A DNA stretch of 64,000 bases from Eledone cirrhosa (Eukaryota), in NCBI GenBank assembly GCA_964016885.1, contig OZ024747.1, positions 70,680,001 through 70,744,000 of the forward strand. Direction: 5' to 3'. The position numbers and the translations under genes are program-made. The notes beneath the pieces were generated by a model, which did no database searches, was not told the origin of the DNA, and was given only the letters and a program-made list of their open reading frames with translations. This document shows positions 41,716 to 54,270 of this stretch, in pieces. Position 1 is the first letter of the stretch, and every line of letters begins with the position of its first letter.

Positions 41716-42695
41716 CATCATCATCATCATCATCATCGTTTAACGTCCATCTTCCACGCTTGCATGGGTTTGGACGGGAGTTTTCCCACATGAGGCAAGA
41801 TTGGTTGTCCTGCTCGCATAGGACTGTCTGGCGGGTTTTCTACGGCTGGATGCCCTTCCGAACACGAACCACGTTTACAGTGTGGACTGGGAGGTTTTTA
41901 CCGTGTTACCTACACGGCCACATTACAGCGTGGACTGTGTGTTTATTTTTCGTGACACCTACACGTCTGGCGGGTTTTCTACGGTTGGATGCGCTTCCCA
42001 ACACCAACCACGTTTACAGTGTGTACTGGGAGGTTTTTACCGTGTTACCTACACAACCACATTACAGCGTGGACTGTGTGTTTTTTTTTTTTTGTCGTGA
42101 CACCTACACGACCTCATTTGTTTCGGACTGGATGTTGTGGTACCAACATAACTTCACATTTATAGGGTAGTGGGGAGGGGGGTATTTCGTTAGAGGTGCC
42201 TACTGACTGTAGGTTTCGCTTTGTACTTAGGCAAGGCGGGTCTTCTGTATAACTGTGTAGCGCCAAAGCTCTCGGTCCAGTGACATTGTCTTGGAGAGGC
42301 GTAAGTGTGTGAGGTCGGAATTTATCAGGTCGTCCCAGGTTTTTCTGGGTCTGCCTACTCCATGGCTACCGTCTATTTTTATTGCCCTGCGCTTTTTTAT
42401 ACAGCCGTCGTCTTTCATGCGCATCACGTGACCGTACCAACGTAGTCTTCTCTCGAGTAAACAACATCTGATCCCTCTTATTCCTAATTTCTCCCTTAGT
42501 TCGTTTATGCTTTGCCATTCACGTATATTACTATTACACATCCAGCGGAGCATGCAAGCTTCGTTTCTCTCCAGTCTGTGTATATCCTCTGCACACAATG
42601 CCCAGGTCTCACTGCCATGTAACATTGCTGTTCGTATGCAGGCATCATACAGCCTGCCTTTCATTTTTAGAGAGAACCCTTTAGCAGCCAATAGT

Positions 42696-42698
<3 letters not shown>
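41715..42698 (-). mobile_element. RTE LINE 3' fragment with an internal duplication in the 3' UTR
   Basis: ORF 42227-42691 matches the C-terminus of the 7107 element; UTR block repeated at ~41826-41964 and ~41965-42109. Confidence 0.93.
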
Positions 42699-42748
<50 letters not shown>

Positions 42749-42921
42749 GAAGATGATGATGATGATATATGTATATATACATATATTTGTTGATTATATA
42801 TAATGAAAAATAATCACAAGTATACTAATTTGGTTTTTACTTTTTACTTTATCTATATATATGCATCATCATTTAACGGCTCTTTTCCCTGCTGGCAAGG
42901 TTGGACACCCACCCCATATAT

Positions 42922-43261
<340 letters not shown>

Positions 43262-43317
43262 GTACTTATTTACATGTATATATATATATGTATATATATA
43301 TGTATATATATTTATAT

Positions 43318-43567
43318 GTGCCTTTGCTCACTATAAAAGCTTCACGGCACAGGCATTGCTTTATATCTGGAGATCTCTCTGCACTTGTCCTCACATGGTA
43401 CCATGGGCCCAGCACTATGTGTCAATAATTGTCACAAGTGTAGTGTTTGTACCAGAGTTTTCAAGTCGCTGGCTGGACTAAAAAGTCACACTCGTTCAGC
43501 GCTTCGGTAGGGGTTCTCCTACATGGATATAAAGTAGTGGCCGTACTCGAAAACGAGTTGGCAGCCA

Positions 43568-43570
<3 letters not shown>
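43318..43570. mobile_element. Second copy of the RTE head/zinc-finger-tail composite
   Basis: Near-identical to 18489-18740; 43430-43510 reads CHKCSVCTRVFKSLAGLKSHTRSALR*. Confidence 0.85.
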
Positions 43571-43607
<37 letters not shown>

Positions 43608-43611
<4 letters not shown>

Positions 43612-43910
43612 AGTGTAACTTGGAGTTACTTTAAGTTCACCCGGGTGAGCACTCGATGTTTAGGTTCACTTCTGTGTTGAGGTGTAGAGCTATACAGAGT
43701 GTAATATATTGAAAGGATAACAAGGACGATTGGTTACTACTTCATTAAAATCCTTATAGCATTTTAAAGGGTCCGTCGAGCTGCCGATTATTGAGTCGGG
43801 TAAGATCGATACAGATTGAACCTTCAGCTGATCAGTGGCGAAACGCGCGTCACCTAACAATAAATGTAATGAAGGAGTAACCAATCGTCCTTGTTATCCT
43901 TTCAATATAT
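43608..43910. mobile_element. Fold-back unit with the 3' half of a hammerhead (43840-43858)
   Basis: Inverted repeat 43704-43747/43867-43910; GAAAC-gcgc-GTC with palindromic stem III but no intact CUGANGA. Confidence 0.6.
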
Positions 43911-44118
43911 ATATAAATATATAAGTATTTATACGTACATACATATATATATACAGACGTACAGTAGTATGTATATATATATACATATATGCACACATAT
44001 ATATATATACGTATGGATTTACCGAATATTTATTATAATGCTCGGTGTGTTTCTAAACAAACATCCCGTCCAGTTTTTAGCAACCATCGTTGCTCTTTTG
44101 TTCAACACTAACAAAGGA

Positions 44119-44161
44119 ACGCTGTACTAGTTTCAAGCTTATTAGCTATCGTCAGCAACGT
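44119..44161 (-). ncRNA. Minimal type I hammerhead, homologue of 32330-32372
   Basis: Minus strand reads acgttg-CTGACGA-tagctaataagctt-GAAAC-ta-GTA-cagcgt; flanks 44045-44195 are homologous to the 32238-32505 insert. Confidence 0.85.
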
Positions 44162-44229
44162 ATACCTTCCTGCCAGATGATTGTTATCGAGTATGGCCAT
44201 TGCACGATATACCATTATTAATAAATTCT

Positions 44230-44495
44230 ATCATGCAATGCCTGTGCATGAAGATTTTTATTAAAGGGAGGAAAGACTGTGCACTGAGCCAATCCCACTC
44301 TCTGAGCGACAGTAGCTATAACCCGAAAATAAGAAAAGATCTACATCATCGGTAACTACTGAGCCGCAGGTTTTATATTGGAGTTATCCCAGTTTCCAGA
44401 GTTGCCTTCTCCTAGAAGAATGCCTTGACAAAGGCTAGGGGTCCTTCACTCCCAGTGGTTTAACTGCGTGATTGCAGGGAAAACAGCCATTAAAT
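44230..44495. mobile_element. RTE 5'-UTR-like fragments in opposite orientations
   Basis: Plus gcaatgcctgtgc..agccaatcccactctct and minus ctaggagaaggcaactctgg are both related to 18370-18530. Confidence 0.55.
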
Positions 44496-44777
44496 GATTA
44501 TATATATAGCTAAATAAAGTAAAAAACAAAAAACAAATTAGTATACTTGTGATTATTTTTTCATTATATATCAAATTGCTCTGTGACACACAAAATAAGA
44601 TGTATTGGTGTGTTGATGTTTTTGAACCATCGGGTCAGTTCTGATCTATGGCACTCTGACCTATGACATGTTGGTAGTGGCTGGAATGATTAGGTGTGAC
44701 ATACATATTATTCTAGACATACTATATCTGTCTAACTGGAGACTATAGTACAAACACTAACGCTATTGTAAGCTATG

Positions 44778-45135
44778 TATGTATATATATATATACACAC
44801 ACACATATATATTTATATAAATATATATTTGTATGTCGTCATCATCATCATCATCATCATCATCATTTTACGTCCGCTTTTCCTTGCTTGCAAGGGTGGG
44901 ATGGGAACTGATTCTGGCTTGATTTCTACAGCTGGATGCCCTTCCTAACACCAACCTCATTCACAGTGAGTGCTGGGTGCTTTTTTGCCGTGGCACCTCC
45001 ACGACCACTCTGCAGTGGAATTATAGGGATCCCAGTCCCTATCATCTCATTTCTACAGCTAAGTAAACTGGAGCAATGTGAAATAAAGTGTCTTGCTCAA
45101 TGAAACAACACATCACCTAATCTGAGAATTGAACC
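44778..45135 (-). mobile_element. CORE/RTE-tail SINE: 5'-truncated body at ~44840-45135, preceded by AT-rich spacer
   Basis: Matches 4422-4700. Confidence 0.85.
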
Positions 45136-46299
45136 GGGTGTATATATATATGCATGTGAGAGTGTGTATTCATACGTATTTTTGTGTGTATGTGTATGAT
45201 CAAAGGCATTCCATGCCTAACTATACTGGCTCTTTGTATATCTAAAACATTATTCAGTCTATATTCTTTCCCCTCTTGTGCATCTGCCACATTTTAAGTC
45301 TACATTGTTTGTTTTCCTTCCTGAGATCCCACTGCATAATTATTTTAATGAGGTAGTAGTATGCATAAGGGCTGTAAGGGTTTCATAGAAGTGGACTTTC
45401 ATTTCCTCTCACAGCCCATCTTGAGAGATGAGTGTAAATGTTGTTCTATCTAGCACTAGCCTAAGTTTAATGATTCTATCACTTGTTCTGACTACCTCAA
45501 TTACCTTGTCTACCCATTTCTCTGCTAGCATTACAGCATTTCAATTAAGATCCTAAAATGTGGTTTCATTATAAACTTCAGTCAATAGTAACATTCTGAG
45601 AAGCCAGATATGCTTGCTCCTGTCAAATTTTTAAGAGTGAGGTGACAGTTGATTAAATTAACCTCAGAATATCTATAAACTTGTTTTATTGATATCAAGA
45701 GGTAGGAGAGTGAATGAGAAAGTTGACTGTGATAGAATTTGGCAATCTTTGTTGTATTAGTAATTTATATTGAATCATAATAAATCCATAGATGAAGAGG
45801 ATAGTCAATTGTTTCAACCTGCAGTATATTACTGGTACATCTTTTATCTATTCTGAATGAATAAATGCCAAATCAATAATGCTCGGATTTAAAATCAGAA
45901 AGTGAAAAACTATTAATAATGGAAAGCATATTGTTCAGTGATCTTTTTGAACCAAAAGTTATTGGTCCAAAGATATGAAATTTGACTAAAATTTGATCAC
46001 AATATTTCTTTTACGCAGATAATTCTGCAGCTAGGTTGGCTGAAAATAACAATTACCATCTTAATTGATAACCCACGATTACTCACTGACAACTAATCCC
46101 CTATCAATAAAAAGAGATTATCAATATAAAATGGAATTTGAAAATACTCTTTGCTAGCCAATAACATGAAATTTTATATAAAAGAATTCAATGGAAATGT
46201 TACCAACAACTGTTGATTCTAAAACAACTGAGAATTTGAATTTATGGAAGTCATTAGTTTTGAGACATAATAGAATTTTGCTGAAGTCAGTCATTGATA

Positions 46300-46680
46300 T
46301 TAATTAGCCCAATCAAATTTCTTTTTCTTCTATTGGTTCTCCTTTGTTATGAGGAAGAGCCCTCAAGCACATTCTCCAGTGTATCCTGTCCAAAGCAAAT
46401 GTCTCCAAACGAGACCAGCTGGGTCCATCCCTGGTTCTCATGCCAGTTGGTTTTGACATATACCAATTTGAATAAGTGAGTTTGGCTTTTACATCTACTT
46501 CCCTTATGAATGTCAAAGCTGGTGCATTACTGCACCAGTTCCTGCAATTCTTGCACTTAAGCCAGCCTCCTGCCTTCCATCACTTGTGAAAATGGCTCCA
46601 AGATCTTCTCGACCTGTTTTAATGGAACTCCCCTCGTATGTAGAATGCATTGCACATAATTCCATGAGTGTATGTTTATC
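46300..46680 (-). mobile_element. Old RTE-type fragment (family of 12960-13660)
   Basis: The reverse complement contains agtgatggaaggcaggagg..ttaagtgcaagaattgcaggaactggtgcagtaatgcaccagctt, matching 13095-13165. Confidence 0.75.
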
Positions 46681-47196
46681 TCAGTCTTTGCAACACTGAT
46701 TTTCATTCAATTAAAGTTTAATTAAGAAAATCAGAACATTTTACAATCACATGATCAAATGAGTGTTTTAAGGCAAAGCAATATTATGGGAATCATTAGA
46801 GATGTTTGAAAAGTCAATGTAATCTAATGATTTGAAATTATTGCCTATAATTGAGATTATCATTATTAAGGATTAAAGACACCAATTTATTCTTAGTATT
46901 CTCAAATTTTCATGTTTTCTAAGAAGTTGTAGAAACAAGTATGTCTTCATAGATTACTACTATTTGCATTAACATATACATACAAAAATGTGTGAAATTT
47001 CATTTATGAGTATTCATATATATTTTTGTAATACTGACAGATTTTGTTCAATTTTTTTTCTACTGTCTGGAAACACCAAATGCTGAAAAATTACTACATA
47101 TGTTTGGTGAGCAAAACAGATCAAGAGATAAGATCCTGATAAATAAAATTTATGACCAAGTTCAAATTTTCAGTTGGGGATACACTAGTGTAAAAG

Positions 47197-47344
47197 CAGA
47201 CCTGTTAATCACTAAAACCCCAAACAGGGAGTACCATGAAAAAAAAATGCCCCCAAAGCGGGGAAAAATTAGGCAAAATGGGGAGATTGTACATAATGAA
47301 AGCTGGGAGATCTCCCCGTCCGACGGGGAGAGTTGACAGGTCTG
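47197..47344. mobile_element. 148-bp MITE with CAGACCTGTYAA TIRs and a 7-bp TSD (gtaaaag)
   Basis: gtaaaag|cagacctgttaa ... ttgacaggtctg|gtaaaag; internal hairpin tctccccgtc-c-gacggggaga. Confidence 0.85.
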
Positions 47345-48573
47345 GTAAAAGGATCACAGGTAGGCTTACAAAGACGATGGATGTCATATATGCACAAGGA
47401 GTAATTAGCAGTAACAGTGCATGCAAAATAAATTTCTTTTAATGCTTGTAATATTCCGTTCTTGTGCATAACGCACATTCATTCATCTCCACCCTATTGT
47501 CTCAATAAGCTCACCTAAACCTACCATTAATTATGGCTTCTATGAATAATCTTACTTGAAACAAAGTGTATGATCATTGGACGATGGCCAAGAAGTTCTC
47601 ATAAACGATGACATGGTTTTGCCTGGCCACATGACTATCGTGTACAACACTAACATGGCTAATATTAGTCATGAAGATGTAGATGATTTTATTCATTGTT
47701 AATGTATTTTAAAATTTTACAAGATTTTACTGGCTGGGTGTTTTTCCTATCACAAACTCCTTTACAGCCTGATCTAAGTGTGTTAATCATGCCACCAGCA
47801 TGTTGTTATTTAAATAGGTGTCATGAAAATATACATTACAGGAGACAGTAGGAGATTTATATAACTAAATTTTTTTCTACAGTGCAGAAATATTTTTTTT
47901 TGTAATATTGAATTTCTATCCAATATATTAAAGCAGAATTTTCATCTACTCAGGGTATCTTAATGGGGCATCTTAATGATTTAACACTGTGAATGTAAAG
48001 CTAATCTTTTACATTCATTATTCCCTCCGAGGTTAACTTTGCCTTTCATCCTTATGGGGTCAATAAAATAAAGTACCAGTAATGTACTGGGTAATTGTTG
48101 GCCTTGTGCCAAAAGTAGAAACAATTATTAATGATGCAAGATCTTATCCTTCAGAGAAGAATGATATGAGAAAGTAGAATGGAAAATGTTAGTTAAAAAG
48201 ATCCAGTATGCATGACTTCTCTATGAAACACAGAAACCTGCACGATGAACGATGTGCATGTGTCATGTGTGGTTCTGGGTTTCATCCCACTTTGTGGACT
48301 ATCAGCAATTGTTTTCTGGTATAGCCTTGGGTTCATTGATAACTTGTGAATGCAAGCCTTTTGCATTTTTATATGCAAGCATGATGATGATATATTTGTA
48401 TTCATTTATGTCTTGTGGTTCACCAATAGATAGAACTGGTCATTCTGTTTAGTTAACCATGATGTAATATATATATATATATATATACATATATGTATAT
48501 ATTACCCACTCTACTACCCCAAGTATTGAGTACTCAAATGCGTTATGGTCCACCTGGTATCTTAATACACCCT

Positions 48574-48643
<70 letters not shown>

Positions 48644-48644
<1 letters not shown>

Positions 48645-49032
48645 CATCATCATCATCATCATTTTATGCCCGCTTTTCCCTGCTTGCAAGGGTGGGACAG
48701 GAACTGATTCTGGCTTGATTTCTACAGCTGGATGCCCTTCCTAACACCAACCTCATTTACAGTGAGTGCTGGGTGCTTTTTTGCCGTGGCACCTACACGA
48801 CCACTTTGCAGTGTGGGCTGGGTGCTTTTTTGCCGTGGCACCTCCACGACCACTTTGTAGTAGAATGATAGGGACCTCAGTCCTATCATCTCATTTCTAC
48901 AGCTGAGTAAACTGGAGCAATGTGAAATAAAGTGTCTTGCTCAAGGAAACAACACATCACCCAGTCTGAGAATTGAACTCACAACCTTTGGATTGCAAGG
49001 CCAATGGTCTAACCACTAAGCCATGTGCTTCC
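48644..49032 (-). mobile_element. CORE/RTE-tail SINE, full length, with a ~49-bp internal tandem duplication
   Basis: gctgggtgcttttttgccgtggcacct occurs twice (~48768 and ~48817). Confidence 0.88.
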
Positions 49033-49063
<31 letters not shown>

Positions 49064-50537
49064 CGTATGTGTGTGTGTGTGTGCGTGTGTGTGTGCGTGC
49101 GTGCGTGTGGAAAACAACATAGCAATACAGTCCAATAAATATATATATATTTCAATAAAAGATTGTTTGTTGGTCCTCTGTCATTTTCAATAATGACTGG
49201 AGCAATGTGAAATAAAGTGTCCTGCTGAATGATACAATGCACAATTGAGCCTTGGACTCACAGCCTCACAATTATGAGTCAAACAACCTAGCATGTAGGC
49301 TATGCCCCTTCACTTTCAATATAAATATTGAAACTAATTTTGTGTATTTAACCAGGAACTGAGAATGAGACTGATTACAAAGTATAAAAATACAAACTTC
49401 AGTCTATTTATATATAATTCAACTCACTCCGACTTAAACTTTTTCATCATCATCATCATAACCATTTAACGTCCATTTTCAATGCTAGCATGGGTTAGAC
49501 AGGTTGTCCTAATTGAGACAAGTTGTGGTCAGATGACCATATCTTACTCATACAGAACCGATTTGGGCTTGGTTTCTATGGCTGGGTGCCCTTCCTAATG
49601 ATAATCTCATTTAAATTGAGATATTATTAGATCTGAAAACAAATTCTGGCTAGATTAGACCATGATACTGCAGGAACAGAATTATAATAAAGAAGATTTA
49701 CCAGTTTGGTGGATTTACATCGTTCATATAGCACACTCAGAATATATACCATTGTTGATAATTATTTATAAAGAGACTACTCAATTAATTACACTTTATC
49801 AAAACAAATATTGAAAATATTCCTATGTTTAAAAGAATCAATATTTATTTGCTTCTTTCTGGAAAGATGTGCCAGAATTGTGTAAGTGCCATTTTGTCAA
49901 TCTGAGAATAAAACTTAAGATACCCTTGAAGTTGATTCTATTCAAGGTATCAACAATAAGTATACTGTTAGTGTAATACAGCAAAAACTATCTCCAATTG
50001 AAATGAGGCTTTTGGTACATTTTGTAACAATAGCTTCCTTCTATCAAACATTATCAGCGATGACATAATGTTTTCAATATGTTAGATGTTGTAAGATTAA
50101 AATATTTTCAGAAATTTTACATATTAAGTGAATAAATTACTTTCCCCAAAAGACAGAAGTGTAGCTCAATATCTGACCAAAAGTTTAGGGCCTCATAAAA
50201 TATCTTATTTACATTGAAGCAGTTGACATAAGATAAATCATAGAATATTTTACCATGCTACATTTTCACCTGAGTGGTTTGTGAGAAATAATCAAGTGAA
50301 ATGAATTTGTAAGATGAATTGAAATGGTTCCCTGTGCGACTATTTTAGAGCACTTTATCAGCTTAACTAATGCTAATAACAGTTATGCGGGCATTTATCA
50401 TTTAAGCTAGAATATTCCAGTAGAAAACATTTGGTTATTGTATCTTGTATATGTTGTGTGTAATATATACAGTAATGTATAAAGCATATATCCTGCTATG
50501 TTATAGCATATACATTCAAGAAATGTTAGCTTTAGGG

Positions 50538-50636
<99 letters not shown>

Positions 50637-53600
50637 GAGAGAGAGATTTAGATAGATACATATGTATGTATGTAGAGAGAGAGGGGGGTGTTATGTGTAT
50701 ATTTAGATGTGCAGATTTCTTTTACCCTCAAGAGAAAAACTTGAGTTATTTGCACCATTGTAATAAATACAGAAAACAAAAATTTCCTGCCAAGGACATA
50801 GTTTTATAGCAAAGCTTTACACACCAGCTGAATAGATATGCAATATGGACAATATGGTTGAATGATATTTATTACTAATCAAACATTTAGAATGAGTGTG
50901 AAGGTTAACTGAGAAATCCATGCCAAATATGCATGCGTTTTCAAACAATAGTCCCAATGTGCTGCTTCATGCTGTTTTATTGATATGAGAAAGTTAAAAA
51001 TTGTCATCCATGGAAGGATTGAAAGTCAGAACTGTTAACTCCCAATCCTCTCATCAATTATTCAGCCATATCTAAAAACTAACCAATTATCTTTACTATA
51101 AACCCCTTACCTCAGTTTATCTCTTTTTTTCTTTTCTTTTCTGCTTTTTGTATGTTACACTTCACATTTTCAATAAGAAATGTTTGTAATCATCAGTATT
51201 TTGGCTCTGGGTTTGCTTTGTGCCAATCAGCCCTGATCAACCATACCTTTGATCCTGTGCATGCTGCCATGACCATTTCATCTTTTAAATAGTGGTGCTT
51301 ATAGGTATTTGAACTGAACATGTTGTAGCGTATAATTATATGCTGCCTTGCAAGGAAAATGGATGTTAAATGATTATGATGGTAATAAATATTCTATAAA
51401 ACATTCAACTGCTTAGTACCATGGTTATGTAAACACATAAACATCTTGTTTATATTTCCTAAAATATTAATTTTAAACAATGTGATAAAGAATAATGAGA
51501 TAGAAGTAACAAAAAACCTAAAATATACTATGAAGCCGAATCAAGAACAAATTTTTTTCAAATGTAAATTTTCTAAACTCTTGATGCTTTATGTACTTAT
51601 TGCACTTTTTTAAACATTCCAATCTCCTGCTGTCTTCAGATGCTCTGTTTCTATATATGGTTTAAAAAGGAAGTGTAAGTGTTGCATATTGTTGAGTGCA
51701 TTTTCATTAATCAATAGACTGGTCTTTTCTTGTATAGAAATGATGATATAAACATTATGTGTGTGAGAAAAAGTGGAGAGAGATAAAAAGAAAAAGAGAG
51801 ATTATTACCCTTACTGTGATATTAGGCTGTTCTGCTATGAAACATTTTGGTCATAAGATACACACTTACAAATAGATCTATTCTATCAAATAGTGAAGCA
51901 CAGAACACTAATTTTCTCAATGTTCCAGTGTTAGAAAATGTTGATTTGCTTATTTTAAAGTTGTGTAGATAGATAAATAGATAGATAGACAGAAAGATAC
52001 ACAGGCAGGCAGATAGATTTAACAAACTATCTATTTGTCTTTATATATATGAATATATGCATGGGTGTGTTTGTAATTGTATCAATATTTTTATAATGTA
52101 ACAAAGCTATTAATTTATCACAGCTACTAATAAATGCTTTTGTTGAATTTACTTAATCTCTAATGCAATAGTGTCTCCAAATTGATATAGATCCAACTCT
52201 AAGTCAAGCAGAAACACCTGTAACAGAATATTTTTCAAGTTGGGATACTCATGAGCATATATAATACAATATATGAAGAAAAAAAAAATATAAACTTCAA
52301 TACAACATCATTGAATCCACTAACCACCATTGTGAAACATATTTCAGGCCAACAATATTCTATTTAAACAAGTCAAGCAAATATTTACAAAGTTGAAATT
52401 GTGTGCAAAGACTGCAGACATTTACAATTTGTTTGAGGTACAGACCGTAGTTCTGCAAGGATGCTTTCTCTCTCCATAGCAATTTGCTGACAACATTGAT
52501 TGGGTATTAAAGCAAGCAACAAAAAGCAGACTTAAAAGAATTTAGCTAATTGGGATATTACTGATATGTATAAAAGCAATATCCGAACTATCAATAGCTG
52601 ATAGCATTAAATCAAATACTGGCCTAATGCAGCTCCTTGGACAAATGTCTTCTATTGTAGACTTAGATTGACCAATACCTTAGAAGTGGAAGTTGACAGA
52701 TGAAAACTTTGCAAAAACCTCACATGTGTGTGTGTTGTTCCTCTCTATGTTTGTTTACTGATGTAAAACCAATGTTTTATTTAAACGCATAACAAGTGTG
52801 GATATGAACAAATCTATGTTCAAAGGCATTTTAATCATGAACATTCCATAATTGTAGAATGCAATATGTCTATAACTTTTTTTAAAGATAGTAAAATATG
52901 ATGAGAGGGAGACTTGGCAGCTATTTCTAGCATGTTAAATGAAAACTCCATAGATTGCCATTGTTATATAAATATGTTTTAACTCAATTGGGAGGACTGG
53001 TAGTCCATGTTTTATTTGCCGAATTTGGAAGGTGAGTACACCTTGGTTTGGCAGGAGTCATGAGTACAGACTGACATTCTGTTTAGAGTGTTTGCTGAGA
53101 GTGTGTAGACTGATCGGAGCAATAATTGTCTTATGTATGCATATATGTGTTCCAATTCAACATTACAAAATGTTATTACACCATAGGTTTTCAATACTTT
53201 TGTCCAGTATGTCACATTTCAGTATCTATAAATATGCTGATTTATTAGACATTTCAACTAATTTTCATTAGTAGTAGTCATATTGATCTGAACTGAGTAG
53301 AAATTTTACTTTTTGTGTTCTCAGGTAGCAGCCTACATAATATTTTATTCTCTGTAATTGTTAGAGTAATAGTTTAGATACAAGGTAAACTATATCATAT
53401 AGCATACAGCTTTCATTCCCATACAGGTTTTGCCCTCCCTGACTTCATTATTTCTTATTTGTTAAGAAATTTCTAATGTTCCATTATTTTACAAAGAATT
53501 TTTCTGTTAACCATGTCTACTCAGGCACTATTAATTATTAATAAGTCAGAACAGAAGAGGCCTTGTTGCTGAGAACAATGTGATCAATGCTTTCTATGAA

Positions 53601-53949
53601 CTTATGTAGGTTCATACCTCAATGAGAATGATGGGCTGCATAAAAGAGAGTTAAAGAAGATTTTAACTCTAAGGAGGAATGATTAAGGAAAGTATTACAT
53701 TAGGGTCGTATATATGGAAGATAGATGAAATGAGACAGAATATTATATATGCTTCCGTCATTTCAATGGTTGTAATGAAATGGTTGTAGAGTATTAAACA
53801 CACTTCTGATGTTTTATGGACTACAGATATGTTTCCATTATAGATAAATAAGCAAAGAAGAATCATCCCAAAACTAAAGAGATAGTACGTACTATGTGAG
53901 ACGATACCTACAAATCCTAATACTGAGTTCAGCTCAATATGTAATTTCA

Positions 53950-54270
53950 CTAGTGTTTGTGCGTTAGGGTTTTTACAGTTCTGACGATGAACATTCCAGA
54001 TGTTTGGTCAACAGGTCATTCTGCTAGCGAAATTATCAAGCAAGTTGCTCGCATTTCACAGACATGGGCACACTTAATGTCATACTCATAGAGATACAGC
54101 ATGACACTATGTGACAAGGCTGGCCATTTCAATTACAGGTACCTCATTTCTCTAGCTGAGTCGACTGGAATAACATGAAACAAAGTATATTGCTCAAGGA
54201 TAAAACACAAAAGAAATTAAAATCATAAGCCAAATACTTTAATCAGTAAGTCATGCATCTGCACAATGCC
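53950..54270 (-). mobile_element. Decayed CORE-type SINE (family of 28890-29205)
   Basis: cacagacatgggcacacttaatg..tgtgacaaggctggcc..agctgagtcgactgg..ttgctcaagga. Confidence 0.65.

Noticed and set aside
53750-53870. Hammerhead on the minus strand (GAAAC-atatct-GTA-gtcc)
   Set aside because: Only the 3' half is present; no CUGANGA or stem I partner
53978-54025. CTGACGA followed by a stem
   Set aside because: No GAAA; it lies within the 3' part of a SINE
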